In this document: piece by piece, positions 24,953-34,217 of the stretch
Numbering within the stretch: the first letter of the stretch is position 1
Layout: each line of letters opens with the position of its first letter
Assembly (NCBI GenBank): GCA_036149055.1
Contig: JAYZQJ010000125.1
Span: 1 to 64,000 of the forward strand
DNA from: Myxococcota bacterium
Lineage (GTDB): Bacteria; Myxococcota_A; Polyangia; Polyangiales; Sandaracinaceae
Direction of reading: 5' to 3'
Length of the DNA: 64,000 nt
Made by a program: the position numbers and the translations under genes
Notes under the pieces: generated by a model
Told to the model about the DNA's origin: nothing
Seen by the model: the letters and a program-made list of their open reading frames with translations, nothing else
The model's database searches: none

Positions 24953-26196
24953 GCGCCCGCCTCTTCTTCGCCGCGCCACCGCTGGATGCGGCCCCAGAAC
25001 AGGTCGGTGAAGCCCTCGACCTCGTGCTCGGGGTAGAGCGCCGCCACCTTGGTGCGCACCGCGCGCTTGGCCTCCTCGGTGCCGAAGTAGGTCCAGGCGA
25101 CCTCGTCGAGGTGCCCGAGGTGAGTCGCGCAGAATTCCTCGAAGCGCTCGGTGTCGAAGCGCTCGGCCGCGATCGCGTCGTACCGCGCGAGCTTCTCGGG
25201 GTAGGGCGCGTCCTCGTCCGCCACCGCGTAGAAGGCGTCCCAGTCGAGCCCGCGGCGCATCGGTCGGCCGGTCGCGGCGCAGAACACGCTCCAGCGGAGC
25301 AGCGACTTCACCAGCCACGGGAAGTGGTAGTGGAGCGACGTGACCTGCGAGTCCGGGCAGGCGTTCGCGAAGTCGATCGGGTGCCAGACCCCCTCGCTCC
25401 GCATCAGCTCGCAGCTGTTGAACTCCCAGCCGAAGAAGCTGTTGATCGTGAGCGTGGTCTGCCGGATCTCCCGCTCCTCCTCGGGGGTGAGGAAGCCGGT
25501 CTCCATCGTGTAGCGGTCGTGGAGCGGGGCGTTCAGGTCGTACTTCACGTAGCGGACCTGCGGGCCGATCCCGATGCAGCGCACGAACATGTCGTGGGGG
25601 TGCACCGCCTTCTGCACGTGCATCACCAGGCTGCCGCTCGCCTCGTAGGCCCGCCTTAGCGCCGCCTCGTCCTCGGCCCGGGTGACGGCGCGCCAGCCGC
25701 CGCCGTCGTAGGGCTTCATGATCACGGGGAAGCCGAGCTCGTGGCCCACCCGGCCCACGTCGAAGAGCTTCGCGTAGCGGTGCAGGGTGTCGCGCAGATC
25801 GGGCACCGGGGCGTACGACTTCGGCGGGATCATCCACGTCTCGGGGATGGCCATGCCGAGCTTCATCATCGCGCAGTAGGTGGTCTGCTTCTCCATGGAC
25901 TGGAGCGACCACGGGTTGTTGAGGACGTAGAGATCGTCCATCAACACGGCTTTCTTAATCCACTCCCGGCTGGTGTGGTACCAGTGGGTCAGCCGATCGA
26001 TCACGAGGTCGTAGCGGCACTCCTGCCGCAGATCGAAGGGCTCGATGGAGACGCGCTCGACCTCGAGCGACACGGTGTCCCCGCCCACCGGGATCGCGAG
26101 GTCCAGCCGCTTCAGCAGGTCCTCGTAGCAGAGCGGCCAGCACAGGTCGGCTCCCAGGGAGAGCCCGATCGTCTTCGTCACGTTCGCCATCGTCAT
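24949..26196 (-). CDS. ATP-grasp ligase (RimK/glutathione synthetase-like), divergent paralog C
   Basis: IDRLTHWY, LNNP, IPETWMIP, GFPVIMKPYDGGGWRAV, PIDFANACPD; TGATG coupling. Confidence 0.85.
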   Translation of the reverse strand: MTMANVTKTIGLSLGADLCWPLCYEDLLKRLDLAIPVGGDTVSLEVERVSIEPFDLRQECRYDLVIDRLTHWYHTSREWIKKAVLMDDLYVLNNPWSLQSMEKQTTYCAMMKLGMAIPETWMIPPKSYAPVPDLRDTLHRYAKLFDVGRVGHELGFPVIMKPYDGGGWRAVTRAEDEAALRRAYEASGSLVMHVQKAVHPHDMFVRCIGIGPQVRYVKYDLNAPLHDRYTMETGFLTPEEEREIRQTTLTINSFFGWEFNSCELMRSEGVWHPIDFANACPDSQVTSLHYHFPWLVKSLLRWSVFCAATGRPMRRGLDWDAFYAVADEDAPYPEKLARYDAIAAERFDTERFEEFCATHLGHLDEVAWTYFGTEEAKRAVRTKVAALYPEHEVEGFTDLFWGRIQRWRGEEEAGA

Positions 26197-27338
26197 CACT
26201 CGTAGATCATCGAGATCGGGCCGGGGAAGAGCCAGGAGAGCCCGCCCTGCAGTCGATCGCGCCAGTTTTCCCAGTTGTGACCGTCGCGCGCCTCCTCGAA
26301 GCGCACCTCCATGCCGCTCTCGGCGAGCAGCGGCACGAGCGAGCGGTTCTCGTAGATCAGCGACTCGTACACACCGCAGCTGAGGTACACGCGCTCGGCC
26401 ATCGGGCGCAGGTCGCGGCGCAGCTCGTTCATGAACGCGACCACCGGCGCCCAGAGCGGGCCGGTGCGGTTGCCCTGGCCGATGTCGGTGAAGGCGAACG
26501 AGCCGGACTGGAGCAGCAGCCGGCCGAAGAAGCCGGGGTAGCGCCAGGCGGTCGACAGCGCGGCCACGCCCCCGAAGCTCGCGCCCATCAGGCAGCGCGC
26601 GCCCGGCCGGGCGGAGAGCGGCAGCTCGCGCTCGAGGTGCGGCACCAGCTCCTCGCGGATGAAGCGGGCGTGGGGCTCGTGGTTCGCGTACTCGTTCAGG
26701 CGGTCCGGCGAGTCGGTGAAGCAGACCACGGTGTCCGGGATCGCGAGGCGGTGGATCAGGTTGTCGAGCACCGTCTTCATCGCCGCGAAGCGGAGGTAGT
26801 CGCTCCCGTCGTGCACCACGAGCAGCGGGTAGCGGCGCGAGGTGCGGTAGCGGGCGGGGTAGTAGAGGTGCCCGCCGCGCACGCCGCCGAGCGCCGCGCT
26901 GTGCATGCGGAAGGGCTCGAGCACCCCGGCGCGCGCCTCCGGGTCCGGCTGGGTCCAGGCCGGCACCTCGTAGCCCTCGCCGTGCGCGACCGAGTTGGCG
27001 CCGAACGGGTCGTGGGCGCGCTTGTCGTTGAGGGGATCCTCGACCCACCGGGCGTTGCCGTCCTTGTGCAGCTCGAGCTTGTACTCGACCCGCGAGCGCG
27101 GCGGCAGCTCCACGATGGCGTAGAAGAGGTCGGTGTCGCCGACGCGCTCGAGCGGCTGCGACGACTCCAGGCCGAAGATCCAGTGGCGGAGGTTCACCCC
27201 GTCCACCGCGCCGCGGTAGGCGAAGGTCACGCTCGGCCCCTCGACGATGGGGAACTCGTGCGCGCCGAGGAAGGCGTCGATCTTCTCGCCGGTGACCGGG
27301 CCGTCGGCGAGCAGCTGGTGAATCGCGAGCGTCCTCAC
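26196..27338 (-). CDS. Fes/enterochelin-esterase-like hydrolase with N-terminal CBM48/Ig-like domain
   Basis: VTFAYRG...LERVGDTDLFY...RVEYKL...WVEDPLN...FGANSV; YPLLVVHDG, MGASFGG, DGHNWENW. Confidence 0.88.
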   Translation of the reverse strand: MRTLAIHQLLADGPVTGEKIDAFLGAHEFPIVEGPSVTFAYRGAVDGVNLRHWIFGLESSQPLERVGDTDLFYAIVELPPRSRVEYKLELHKDGNARWVEDPLNDKRAHDPFGANSVAHGEGYEVPAWTQPDPEARAGVLEPFRMHSAALGGVRGGHLYYPARYRTSRRYPLLVVHDGSDYLRFAAMKTVLDNLIHRLAIPDTVVCFTDSPDRLNEYANHEPHARFIREELVPHLERELPLSARPGARCLMGASFGGVAALSTAWRYPGFFGRLLLQSGSFAFTDIGQGNRTGPLWAPVVAFMNELRRDLRPMAERVYLSCGVYESLIYENRSLVPLLAESGMEVRFEEARDGHNWENWRDRLQGGLSWLFPGPISMIYE

Positions 27339-28261
27339 GCCGCCGCCTCCAGGTCCGTCACCCGGCCGTCCGGGTGCAGGGTGAGCGCGCGCGCGCTCCG
27401 GGTCGGCGCGCCCTCGAAGATCGTCCAGCTGCGCCGCGGCAGCACCAGGCACGAGGCGGGGGCGAAGCGGCGCGCGTACATGCCGACCCGCTCGGCGTCG
27501 TCGAGCTTCAGGCGCGACTCCGGGTTGGGCAGCGCGACCACGTCGGCCACCAGCCCGAGGCCCGGCTCGAGCACCTGAGGCGCGTCGCCGCCGTAGGGCG
27601 GATCGTCGTGGAAGAGCACGATGCGCTCGGTGACCGCCATCGCGCCCGCCGACCAGGCGAACACCGGGCGGTCGCCGATCAGGTCCGTCATCCCGAAGAG
27701 CAGCAGCCGGTTGAGCAGCGAGGCGACGTGCCCGCCCGCGATCGCCACCGCGTCGCAGCCCGCGAGCAGGCGGGTCAGCTCCGAGCGGTGCCACGCCACC
27801 CGCCCGCGCGCGTGCGGATCCCACGACTCGACGAACTCGCGCCGCACCCCCTCGCAGCGCCGCAGGTGATGGGCGTCGAGCATGCGGATCGCGTTGACGG
27901 ACTGCTCGAGCTCCTCCTCGAGCAGCGCCAGCGGGGCCGCCCGGTGCGCGATCACCCGCGCCGACTCGATGAGGTGCTCCAGCCGGATCCGGTAGAAGTC
28001 CTGGAGCTGCCGGAGCCGGAGCTGCCGCTCGCGGTAGGCCGCGGCCAGCTCGCGATCGCTCCGGAACACGTCGTCGGCGCGCTGGTGGAGGGCGAGGTTC
28101 ACCGTCTCCCCGCCGAGGTGGGTGGACAGCTCCTCGTCCTCCGGCTCGCGCTCCTGCCAGCCGGCGGTGATCAGCGCGAAGCGCCCGGAGACGCCCGCCG
28201 CCTTCGCCGCCTCCGCCACGCTGGGATCGAAGCGCTGCGGCCCGAGGAGCACGACCTTCAT
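27335..28261 (-). CDS. Peptidase S51/cyanophycinase-like (class I glutamine amidotransferase-like fold) protein
   Basis: ITAGWQERE, DAVAIAGGHV, FAWSAGAMA, GLGLV; ATGA overlap with upstream gene. Confidence 0.75.
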   Translation of the reverse strand: MKVVLLGPQRFDPSVAEAAKAAGVSGRFALITAGWQEREPEDEELSTHLGGETVNLALHQRADDVFRSDRELAAAYRERQLRLRQLQDFYRIRLEHLIESARVIAHRAAPLALLEEELEQSVNAIRMLDAHHLRRCEGVRREFVESWDPHARGRVAWHRSELTRLLAGCDAVAIAGGHVASLLNRLLLFGMTDLIGDRPVFAWSAGAMAVTERIVLFHDDPPYGGDAPQVLEPGLGLVADVVALPNPESRLKLDDAERVGMYARRFAPASCLVLPRRSWTIFEGAPTRSARALTLHPDGRVTDLEAAA

Positions 28262-29481
28262 CGCGCGCGAACCTGCACCGTCTGGCCGACGGCGTCCAGG
28301 ATGCGGCGCAGGGTGTCGTAGTCGGGGTGGCGGAAGCGCATCCACGCGTTGGCCATGTAGCCCGCCGCCACCGGCTGGGTGGGGGTGCCGGGCGGGGGGA
28401 GGTGCGCGTCGATGAGGTGCTCGCCGAAGGCGCGCTCGACCTCGGCCACGCCGTCGTAGTGGTCGATGATCCCGTCGCGGTCGGGGCGGAGCGCGATGAT
28501 GCCGGCGGCGTAGCGCCGCGAGGGCCGCTGGCTCGGCCGGCCGTGCACCACCGCCATCGCCCACTCGCGGTAGAGGTCCATCTCGTTGCCCGCGCTGTAG
28601 AGGTCCCAGGCGCCCACGCCGGGCGGGCGGCAGCCGATCTCGCTGAAGCGCAGGCCCTTCGGCCCGAAGAACCACTCCATGTGGGTGGCGCTGGTGCCGA
28701 TGTCGAGCGCCTCGATGACCCGGCGGCCCATCGCGCGGACCTCCTCGTAGCCGGGCGCGCTCTCCAGGCGGTTGGTGGCGATGAACTGCGGCGAGATCCA
28801 GCGGGTGCGCATCGCCTCGAGCACGTTCGGGTAGTAGTGGCAGGCGAACTCGTGCACGACCCGGCCGCCGACGGTGATGGTGTCGTAGAAGCCCTCGTGC
28901 CCCTCGACGAACTCCTCGAGGGCCACCGACGCCCCGCGGCCGAGGCCGCTCTCCCGGATGGCCGCCTCGAGCTCCGCGTCGTGGTCCACCCGGAAGGTGC
29001 CGGCCGCGCCCGCGCCGTCGCGCGGCTTGAGGATCAGCGGGTAGCCGATGCGGGCGGCGAACGCGCGCGCCTCGTCGGGCGAGCTGGTCCCGGTCGACGC
29101 GGCGCAGGGCACGCCGGCCTCCCGGAGGGCCGCCTTCATCGACGGCTTGTCGCGGCAGAGGAACGCGGTCTTGGCGCGGGTGCCGGGGATGCCGCAGCGC
29201 TCGCGCACGTTGGCCGCGGTCTGGATGTGCGCCTCCACGGTGGCCTCGAGCCGCTCGGGCCGCGCGACGGTCATCACGAAGCGCACCGCCTCCTCGAGCG
29301 CGGCCTCGTCGCACACGTTCGAGACCTGCTCGTAGTGCGTCAGCCAGTGCCGGAGCGCGTCGTCGAGCGCCTCCTTCGGCCGCTCGCCGATGCCGATGAC
29401 GCGCGCCCCGACCGCGTGCAGCGCCCGGGCGAACTCGCGCTGGTTGTGCGGAAAGCACGGCTCCACGAGGATGACGTCCAT
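28258..29481 (-). CDS. ATP-grasp ligase, paralog B
   Basis: RDKPSMK, GYPLILKPRDGAGA, LEEFVEG, THMEWF, SEIGCRPPG; TGATG coupling with glgA. Confidence 0.92.
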   Translation of the reverse strand: MDVILVEPCFPHNQREFARALHAVGARVIGIGERPKEALDDALRHWLTHYEQVSNVCDEAALEEAVRFVMTVARPERLEATVEAHIQTAANVRERCGIPGTRAKTAFLCRDKPSMKAALREAGVPCAASTGTSSPDEARAFAARIGYPLILKPRDGAGAAGTFRVDHDAELEAAIRESGLGRGASVALEEFVEGHEGFYDTITVGGRVVHEFACHYYPNVLEAMRTRWISPQFIATNRLESAPGYEEVRAMGRRVIEALDIGTSATHMEWFFGPKGLRFSEIGCRPPGVGAWDLYSAGNEMDLYREWAMAVVHGRPSQRPSRRYAAGIIALRPDRDGIIDHYDGVAEVERAFGEHLIDAHLPPPGTPTQPVAAGYMANAWMRFRHPDYDTLRRILDAVGQTVQVRAR

Positions 29482-30926
29482 CAGAGCTCCCCCACGCGCC
29501 GGTACAGCGCCTCGTAGGTCTCCACCCGCCGCTCCCAGGAGAAGTCCTGGGCCATCGCGTTGTCCTGCAGCCGGCGCCAGAGCGGCGGCCGCCGGTACAC
29601 CGAGAGCGCCTCGCCGAGAGCCCAGCGGAGGCCCTGACCGTCGAAGTGCTCGAAGACGAAGCCGGTGCCCTCGCCGGTGCGCGGGTCGAAGGGCCGCACG
29701 CTGTCCTTCAGCCCGCCGGTGGCGCGCACGATCGGCGGCGTCCCGTAGGCGAGCGAGTACATCTGGTTCAGCCCGCACGGCTCGAAGCGCGAGGGCATCA
29801 GGAACATGTCCGCGCCGGCCTCGATCAGGTGCGCCAGCTCGTTCGAGAAGCCCCGGTAGAAGCAGACCTGCTTCGGGAAGCGGTGCTGGAGCTGCGCGAA
29901 GGCGTTCTCGTAGTGGGTCGCGCCCGAGCCGAGGACCACCAGCTGCATCTCGCCGCGCGAGAGGAAGTGGGGCGCCGCCTCGAGGATGAGCTCGAGGCCC
30001 TTCTGCGCGGTGAGCCGGGTGACCACGCCCGCGACCGGCAGGCCGTGGTGGTACGGCAGCCCCATGCTCTGGAGCAGCGCCTTCTTGTTGCGCTCCTTGC
30101 CGTCGAGCGCGCCGCGCCGGTAGCGGTGCGGGATGAGCCGATCGGTGGCGGGGTCCCACTCGGTGGGATCGATGCCGTTGAGCACGCCGACCACGGTGCT
30201 GGAGCGCTCGCGCAGGAGCCCGTCGAGGCCCATGCCCAGCTCCGGCGTCTGGATCTCCTTGGCGTAGGTCGGGCTCACCGTCGTGATCGCGTCGGCGTAG
30301 AGCAGCCCGGTGGTCAGCAGGCTGATCGCGCCCGCGCTCAGCTGATCCTGGTGGAAGAGGTGCGCGCTGTCGGCGAGCCCGGTGTCCGGCAGCACGTGGG
30401 CCCCGAACGCGCCCTGGTGCGCCAGGTTGTGAATGGTCAGCACCGTCTTGGTGCGCCCGAAGCGCGCCGCGTCCCAGTCGTAGCGGCACTTCAGCGCGAG
30501 CGGCAGCAGCGCGGTCTGCCAGTCGTGCACGTGGGCGACGTCCGGCGAGAAGCCGAGGCGCTGGCAGGCCTCGAGCGCGGCGTAGGTCAGCACGATGAAG
30601 CGCAGGTGCTCGTCGGCGTCCTGGGTGTAGATGCCGTCCCGCCCGTAGAGGTCGTCGCAGCGGACGAAGGTCACCTCCACCTCGCTGTCCGGCAGCGGCG
30701 CGCGATGGAGGGACACCCGGACCTGATGCGGCCCGAGCCGGAGGCGGATGTCCTGCGCCTCCGGCACCGGCGTCAGCTCGGCCTGGACCCGCCGGTAGAG
30801 CGGCGCGACGAGCAGCACCTCGTGCCCGCGGCGGGCGAGGTGGCGGGGGAGGGCGGCGGACACGTCCGCGAGCCCCCCGGTCTTGGCGAAGGGGGCGACC
30901 TCCGATGCGGCGTAGAGGATCTTCAC
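29481..30926 (-). CDS. glgA: Glycogen synthase (GT5)
   Basis: SEVAPFAKTGGLADV, HVHDWQT, TIHNLAHQG, TVSPTYA, RLTAQKG, MPSRFEPCGLNQM, TGGLKDSV. Confidence 0.96.
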   Translation of the reverse strand: MKILYAASEVAPFAKTGGLADVSAALPRHLARRGHEVLLVAPLYRRVQAELTPVPEAQDIRLRLGPHQVRVSLHRAPLPDSEVEVTFVRCDDLYGRDGIYTQDADEHLRFIVLTYAALEACQRLGFSPDVAHVHDWQTALLPLALKCRYDWDAARFGRTKTVLTIHNLAHQGAFGAHVLPDTGLADSAHLFHQDQLSAGAISLLTTGLLYADAITTVSPTYAKEIQTPELGMGLDGLLRERSSTVVGVLNGIDPTEWDPATDRLIPHRYRRGALDGKERNKKALLQSMGLPYHHGLPVAGVVTRLTAQKGLELILEAAPHFLSRGEMQLVVLGSGATHYENAFAQLQHRFPKQVCFYRGFSNELAHLIEAGADMFLMPSRFEPCGLNQMYSLAYGTPPIVRATGGLKDSVRPFDPRTGEGTGFVFEHFDGQGLRWALGEALSVYRRPPLWRRLQDNAMAQDFSWERRVETYEALYRRVGEL

Positions 30927-30934
30927 TTCGGCTC

Positions 30935-32161
30935 TCAGGCGTAGCGTACGCGAACGGCGTCGATCACGGCGCGCAGCGCGTCCTTCACGACGCGGGTCTC
31001 CGGGCTCCGCACGATCACGTAGCCGTCGCCCTCGTAGCTGTCGGACTTCGGCGCCCCGACGGTCGGCACCTTGGCCTCCACCACCAGGTCGCCGATCTCG
31101 CGGTGCACCCGGTCGAGGCCCTCGGTGCCGAGCACCCGGCCGCGCCCGAGGCCGCGCAGGAAGGCCGAGCCGCTCGCGTGACTCCGGACGAAGGGCCCGT
31201 CGAACGCCTCGTCGATCACCGCTCGGGCCCAGGCGCGGTACATGCTCGTGTCGTGGGCCAGCCCGGTGAGCCGGACGATGTTGGCGCCGGGCGGCCGGGC
31301 GGCGATCTCGCCGATGGCCAGCGACCCGTCGGCGCGGCGGAACCACTCCATGTGGGTCATGCCGCTGCCGAGGCCGAGCGCCTTCACCGCGCGCTCGGCG
31401 AGCGCCGCCGCCTCCTTCACGCCCGGGCCGTCCTGCTCGCGCGGGGCGACGACCGCCCACTGGATCCAGTCGTTCTCGACGACCTCGAGCGGCGTCGGGT
31501 GGTACTCGGTGCTCGAGGTCATGCGGACCTCGCCCTTCACCGTGATCGTCTCGAGGCTGTGCTCGCGGCCGACGAGGAACTCCTCGGCGAGCACCGGATC
31601 CTCGCTGCGCGGCTGCAGCGCCTCGAGGGCCGAGCGCGCGTGCTCGACGGAAGCGATCCGCCAGGTCGCCTTGCAGGCCATGCCGGCCGGGGGCTTGAGC
31701 ACGATGGGGAAGCCGACCTCGTCGAGGAAGTCGGACGCGTCCTCCCAGGACCGCAGCAGCCGGTGGCGCGCCGTCGGCAGCCCCGCCGCCCGCAGCGCGT
31801 CCTTCATCATCGCCTTGTCGCGGAAGAGCCCGGCCGTGCGCACGTCGGTGCCGGGCACCCCGAAGTGCTCGCGCAGCTTGGCGAGCTCGACCTGCATCGG
31901 CTCGAGGATGCCGAGGATCCGCGCCGGGCGGCCGTTGCGCTTCGCCAGCCGCTCGAGGGCCCCGGCGAGCTGGCCGAGGTCCATCGGGTTCTCCACCCGC
32001 TCGACGTCGTCGAAGAGCGCCGCGTCCTCGCCTCCGGGCGGCGTGTGCACGACGCCGAGGAGGCGGCCGCGTCCGCCGTCTTCGGAGAGGAGCCGCTTGC
32101 TCGCGCGCACGAAGCGCAGGGTGGTCTCGGCCGGGAAGGGGGCGATGAAGGCGACGTTCAT
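30935..32161 (-). CDS. ATP-grasp ligase, paralog A
   Basis: FRDKAMMK, GFPIVLKP, AEEFLVG, THMEWF, GEIAARPPG. Confidence 0.92.
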   Translation of the reverse strand: MNVAFIAPFPAETTLRFVRASKRLLSEDGGRGRLLGVVHTPPGGEDAALFDDVERVENPMDLGQLAGALERLAKRNGRPARILGILEPMQVELAKLREHFGVPGTDVRTAGLFRDKAMMKDALRAAGLPTARHRLLRSWEDASDFLDEVGFPIVLKPPAGMACKATWRIASVEHARSALEALQPRSEDPVLAEEFLVGREHSLETITVKGEVRMTSSTEYHPTPLEVVENDWIQWAVVAPREQDGPGVKEAAALAERAVKALGLGSGMTHMEWFRRADGSLAIGEIAARPPGANIVRLTGLAHDTSMYRAWARAVIDEAFDGPFVRSHASGSAFLRGLGRGRVLGTEGLDRVHREIGDLVVEAKVPTVGAPKSDSYEGDGYVIVRSPETRVVKDALRAVIDAVRVRYA

Positions 32162-32216
32162 GATCGGGGGCCCCGTCTACTCCAGCCGCGAGGGCGGTCA
32201 AAGGCCAGACCGTGAC

Positions 32217-34112
32217 CTAGCGCGCAGCCTCGGCCCCCGCGCTCGCCACCGCGCTCGCGACGGCGTCGGTCAGCTGCCGGATCCCGTAGGGCTTGCCGAG
32301 GAAGCTGGTGAAGTCGTCCTCGGTCGCGAGCTGGGGATCGGCCGCGTAGCCGCTGGTCCGGATCACCGGCAGGCGAGGAAAGGTCTCCCGGATGGCGACC
32401 AGCGCCCGGTCGCCGCCCATGCCCGGCATGGTCTGGTCGAGCAGCACCACGGAGACCGCGTCGCCCCGCTCCTCGAGGACCTCCAGCGCCGCCTCGCCCG
32501 AGCCCGCCTCGACGACCTCGAAGCCGAGCGGCTCGAGCGCGCGCCGGGCCAGCCGCCGCAGCAGCCGCTCGTCGTCGACCACGAGCACGCACGCCTCCTG
32601 CGCCATGCTCCGGGTCACCGGCGCGGCGGCGGCCCGGGCGATCGGCGCGTCCGAGAGCGGCAGCCACACCTCCATCGACGTGCCCACCCCGGGCCGGCTC
32701 CGCACCCCGACGCAGCCCCCGTGGCGCTCGAGGATGCCGAGCACCGCGGCGAGCCCGAGGCCGCGCCCCTTGCCCTTGGTGGAGAAGAACGGGTCGAAGA
32801 TGCGCGCGAGCACCTCGTCGGACATGCCGCCGCCCTCGTCCCGCACCCGGACGAAGGCCACCTTCGGTCCCTCGGGCAGCGTCCCGAAGACCTGGGCCCC
32901 CGGCGACGCCCCGGCGGGCTCGAAGGTCCCCGCCGACACCTCCACCAGGCCCCCGTGGTCCGAGGTCGCGTCGCCGGCGTTGACGATCAGGTTCATCACG
33001 ACCTGGCGGAGCTGCACCTGGTCGGCGGCGACCGGGATCGGGGCCGAGGGCACGTCGACGGTGAGCTCGACCCCCTTCGGCAGCGCGGTGCCGATCAGCG
33101 GCTTCATCTCGCCGACGAGCTCGGCGAAGTCCACCGTGACCCGCTCGGCGTTGCCTTCGCCCGCGTAGGCCAGCATCGAGGTGCTCAGCTCGCCGGCGCG
33201 CTGGGCCGCGAGCCGGATGTCGGACAGGGCCTCGGCGGGGGCGCTGCCGGCCGCGACCTCCCGCTCGGCGAGCGTCGCCGACCCGAGGATCCCGGTGAGG
33301 ATGTTGTTGAGGTCGTGGGCGATGCCGCCCGCCATCTCCCCCAGCGTCTCCCGCTTCTGGGCGCGCTGGATCCGCGCGTCGAGCCGGCGCCGCTCGGTCG
33401 TGTCGTGCAGGATGGCTTGCAGGTGTCCGGTGTCCTCGCCGCGGGCGATGCGCACGAAGGTCCCCTCGAGCCAGGCGGTCTCCCCGTCGGCGCGGCGCAC
33501 CGGGGCGGCGACGGAGACCCGGGGCGCGTCGCCCGCGAGCGCCTCGCGCACGGTCTGCCGCGCCTCCTTCGCCACGAGCTCGGGGAAGGACATCGCGTTG
33601 AGCTGCACCGGGGTCCGCCCGACGAGCTCCTGGAAACATCGGTTGGTGAAGTGGAAGGTCAGGTCGGGCCGGAGCCGGACGATGGAGTCGGTCGCCGCCT
33701 CCACCAGCGAGCGGTAGCGCTCCTCCGCGTCCGAGACCGCCTCCTCGCGCGACTCGAGCTGCGTCGAGTAGAGCAGCGCGGGCGCGCCGTCCCACTCGAC
33801 CTTGGCGACCCGGGTCCGCACGTGCAGGGTGCCGCCCCAGCGATCGACGAAGCGGTTGCGCACGAAGCCCTGGCTCACCACCTCGTCGCTGCCGAGGAAG
33901 GCGGTGAGGAACTCGGTCACCCGGACGACGTCCTCGGCGGGGATGAACGGGTTCTCGAAGCGCTGGAAGCGATAGTCGTCCAGCGTGTAGCCGGTGAGCT
34001 TCACCAGGGCGTCGTTCACCCAGAGCGAGTTCGCCTCGAGGTCGGTGATGAACACCATGGTGTCCGTCATCGCCGCGAGGCGCTCGAAGAGCGCGGTCTC
34101 TCCCCTCGACAC
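32217..34112 (-). CDS. Hybrid sensor histidine kinase (PAS-PAS-HisKA-HATPase-REC)
   Basis: AGGIAHDLNNILT, QVVMNLIVNA, DEGGGM, FDPFFSTK, GRGLGLA, VLVVDDE, LLDQTMPG. Confidence 0.93.
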   Translation of the reverse strand: MSRGETALFERLAAMTDTMVFITDLEANSLWVNDALVKLTGYTLDDYRFQRFENPFIPAEDVVRVTEFLTAFLGSDEVVSQGFVRNRFVDRWGGTLHVRTRVAKVEWDGAPALLYSTQLESREEAVSDAEERYRSLVEAATDSIVRLRPDLTFHFTNRCFQELVGRTPVQLNAMSFPELVAKEARQTVREALAGDAPRVSVAAPVRRADGETAWLEGTFVRIARGEDTGHLQAILHDTTERRRLDARIQRAQKRETLGEMAGGIAHDLNNILTGILGSATLAEREVAAGSAPAEALSDIRLAAQRAGELSTSMLAYAGEGNAERVTVDFAELVGEMKPLIGTALPKGVELTVDVPSAPIPVAADQVQLRQVVMNLIVNAGDATSDHGGLVEVSAGTFEPAGASPGAQVFGTLPEGPKVAFVRVRDEGGGMSDEVLARIFDPFFSTKGKGRGLGLAAVLGILERHGGCVGVRSRPGVGTSMEVWLPLSDAPIARAAAAPVTRSMAQEACVLVVDDERLLRRLARRALEPLGFEVVEAGSGEAALEVLEERGDAVSVVLLDQTMPGMGGDRALVAIRETFPRLPVIRTSGYAADPQLATEDDFTSFLGKPYGIRQLTDAVASAVASAGAEAAR

Positions 34113-34217
34113 GCCCGCATCGTACCGCCTCTCACGGCCGAGCGGTGGATGGCATCGGAGGTCGCGCGGTGACTTTCTCGGTGGCGGTCCACGTCGGCCT
34201 CCCGGTAAGCTGGCGCC

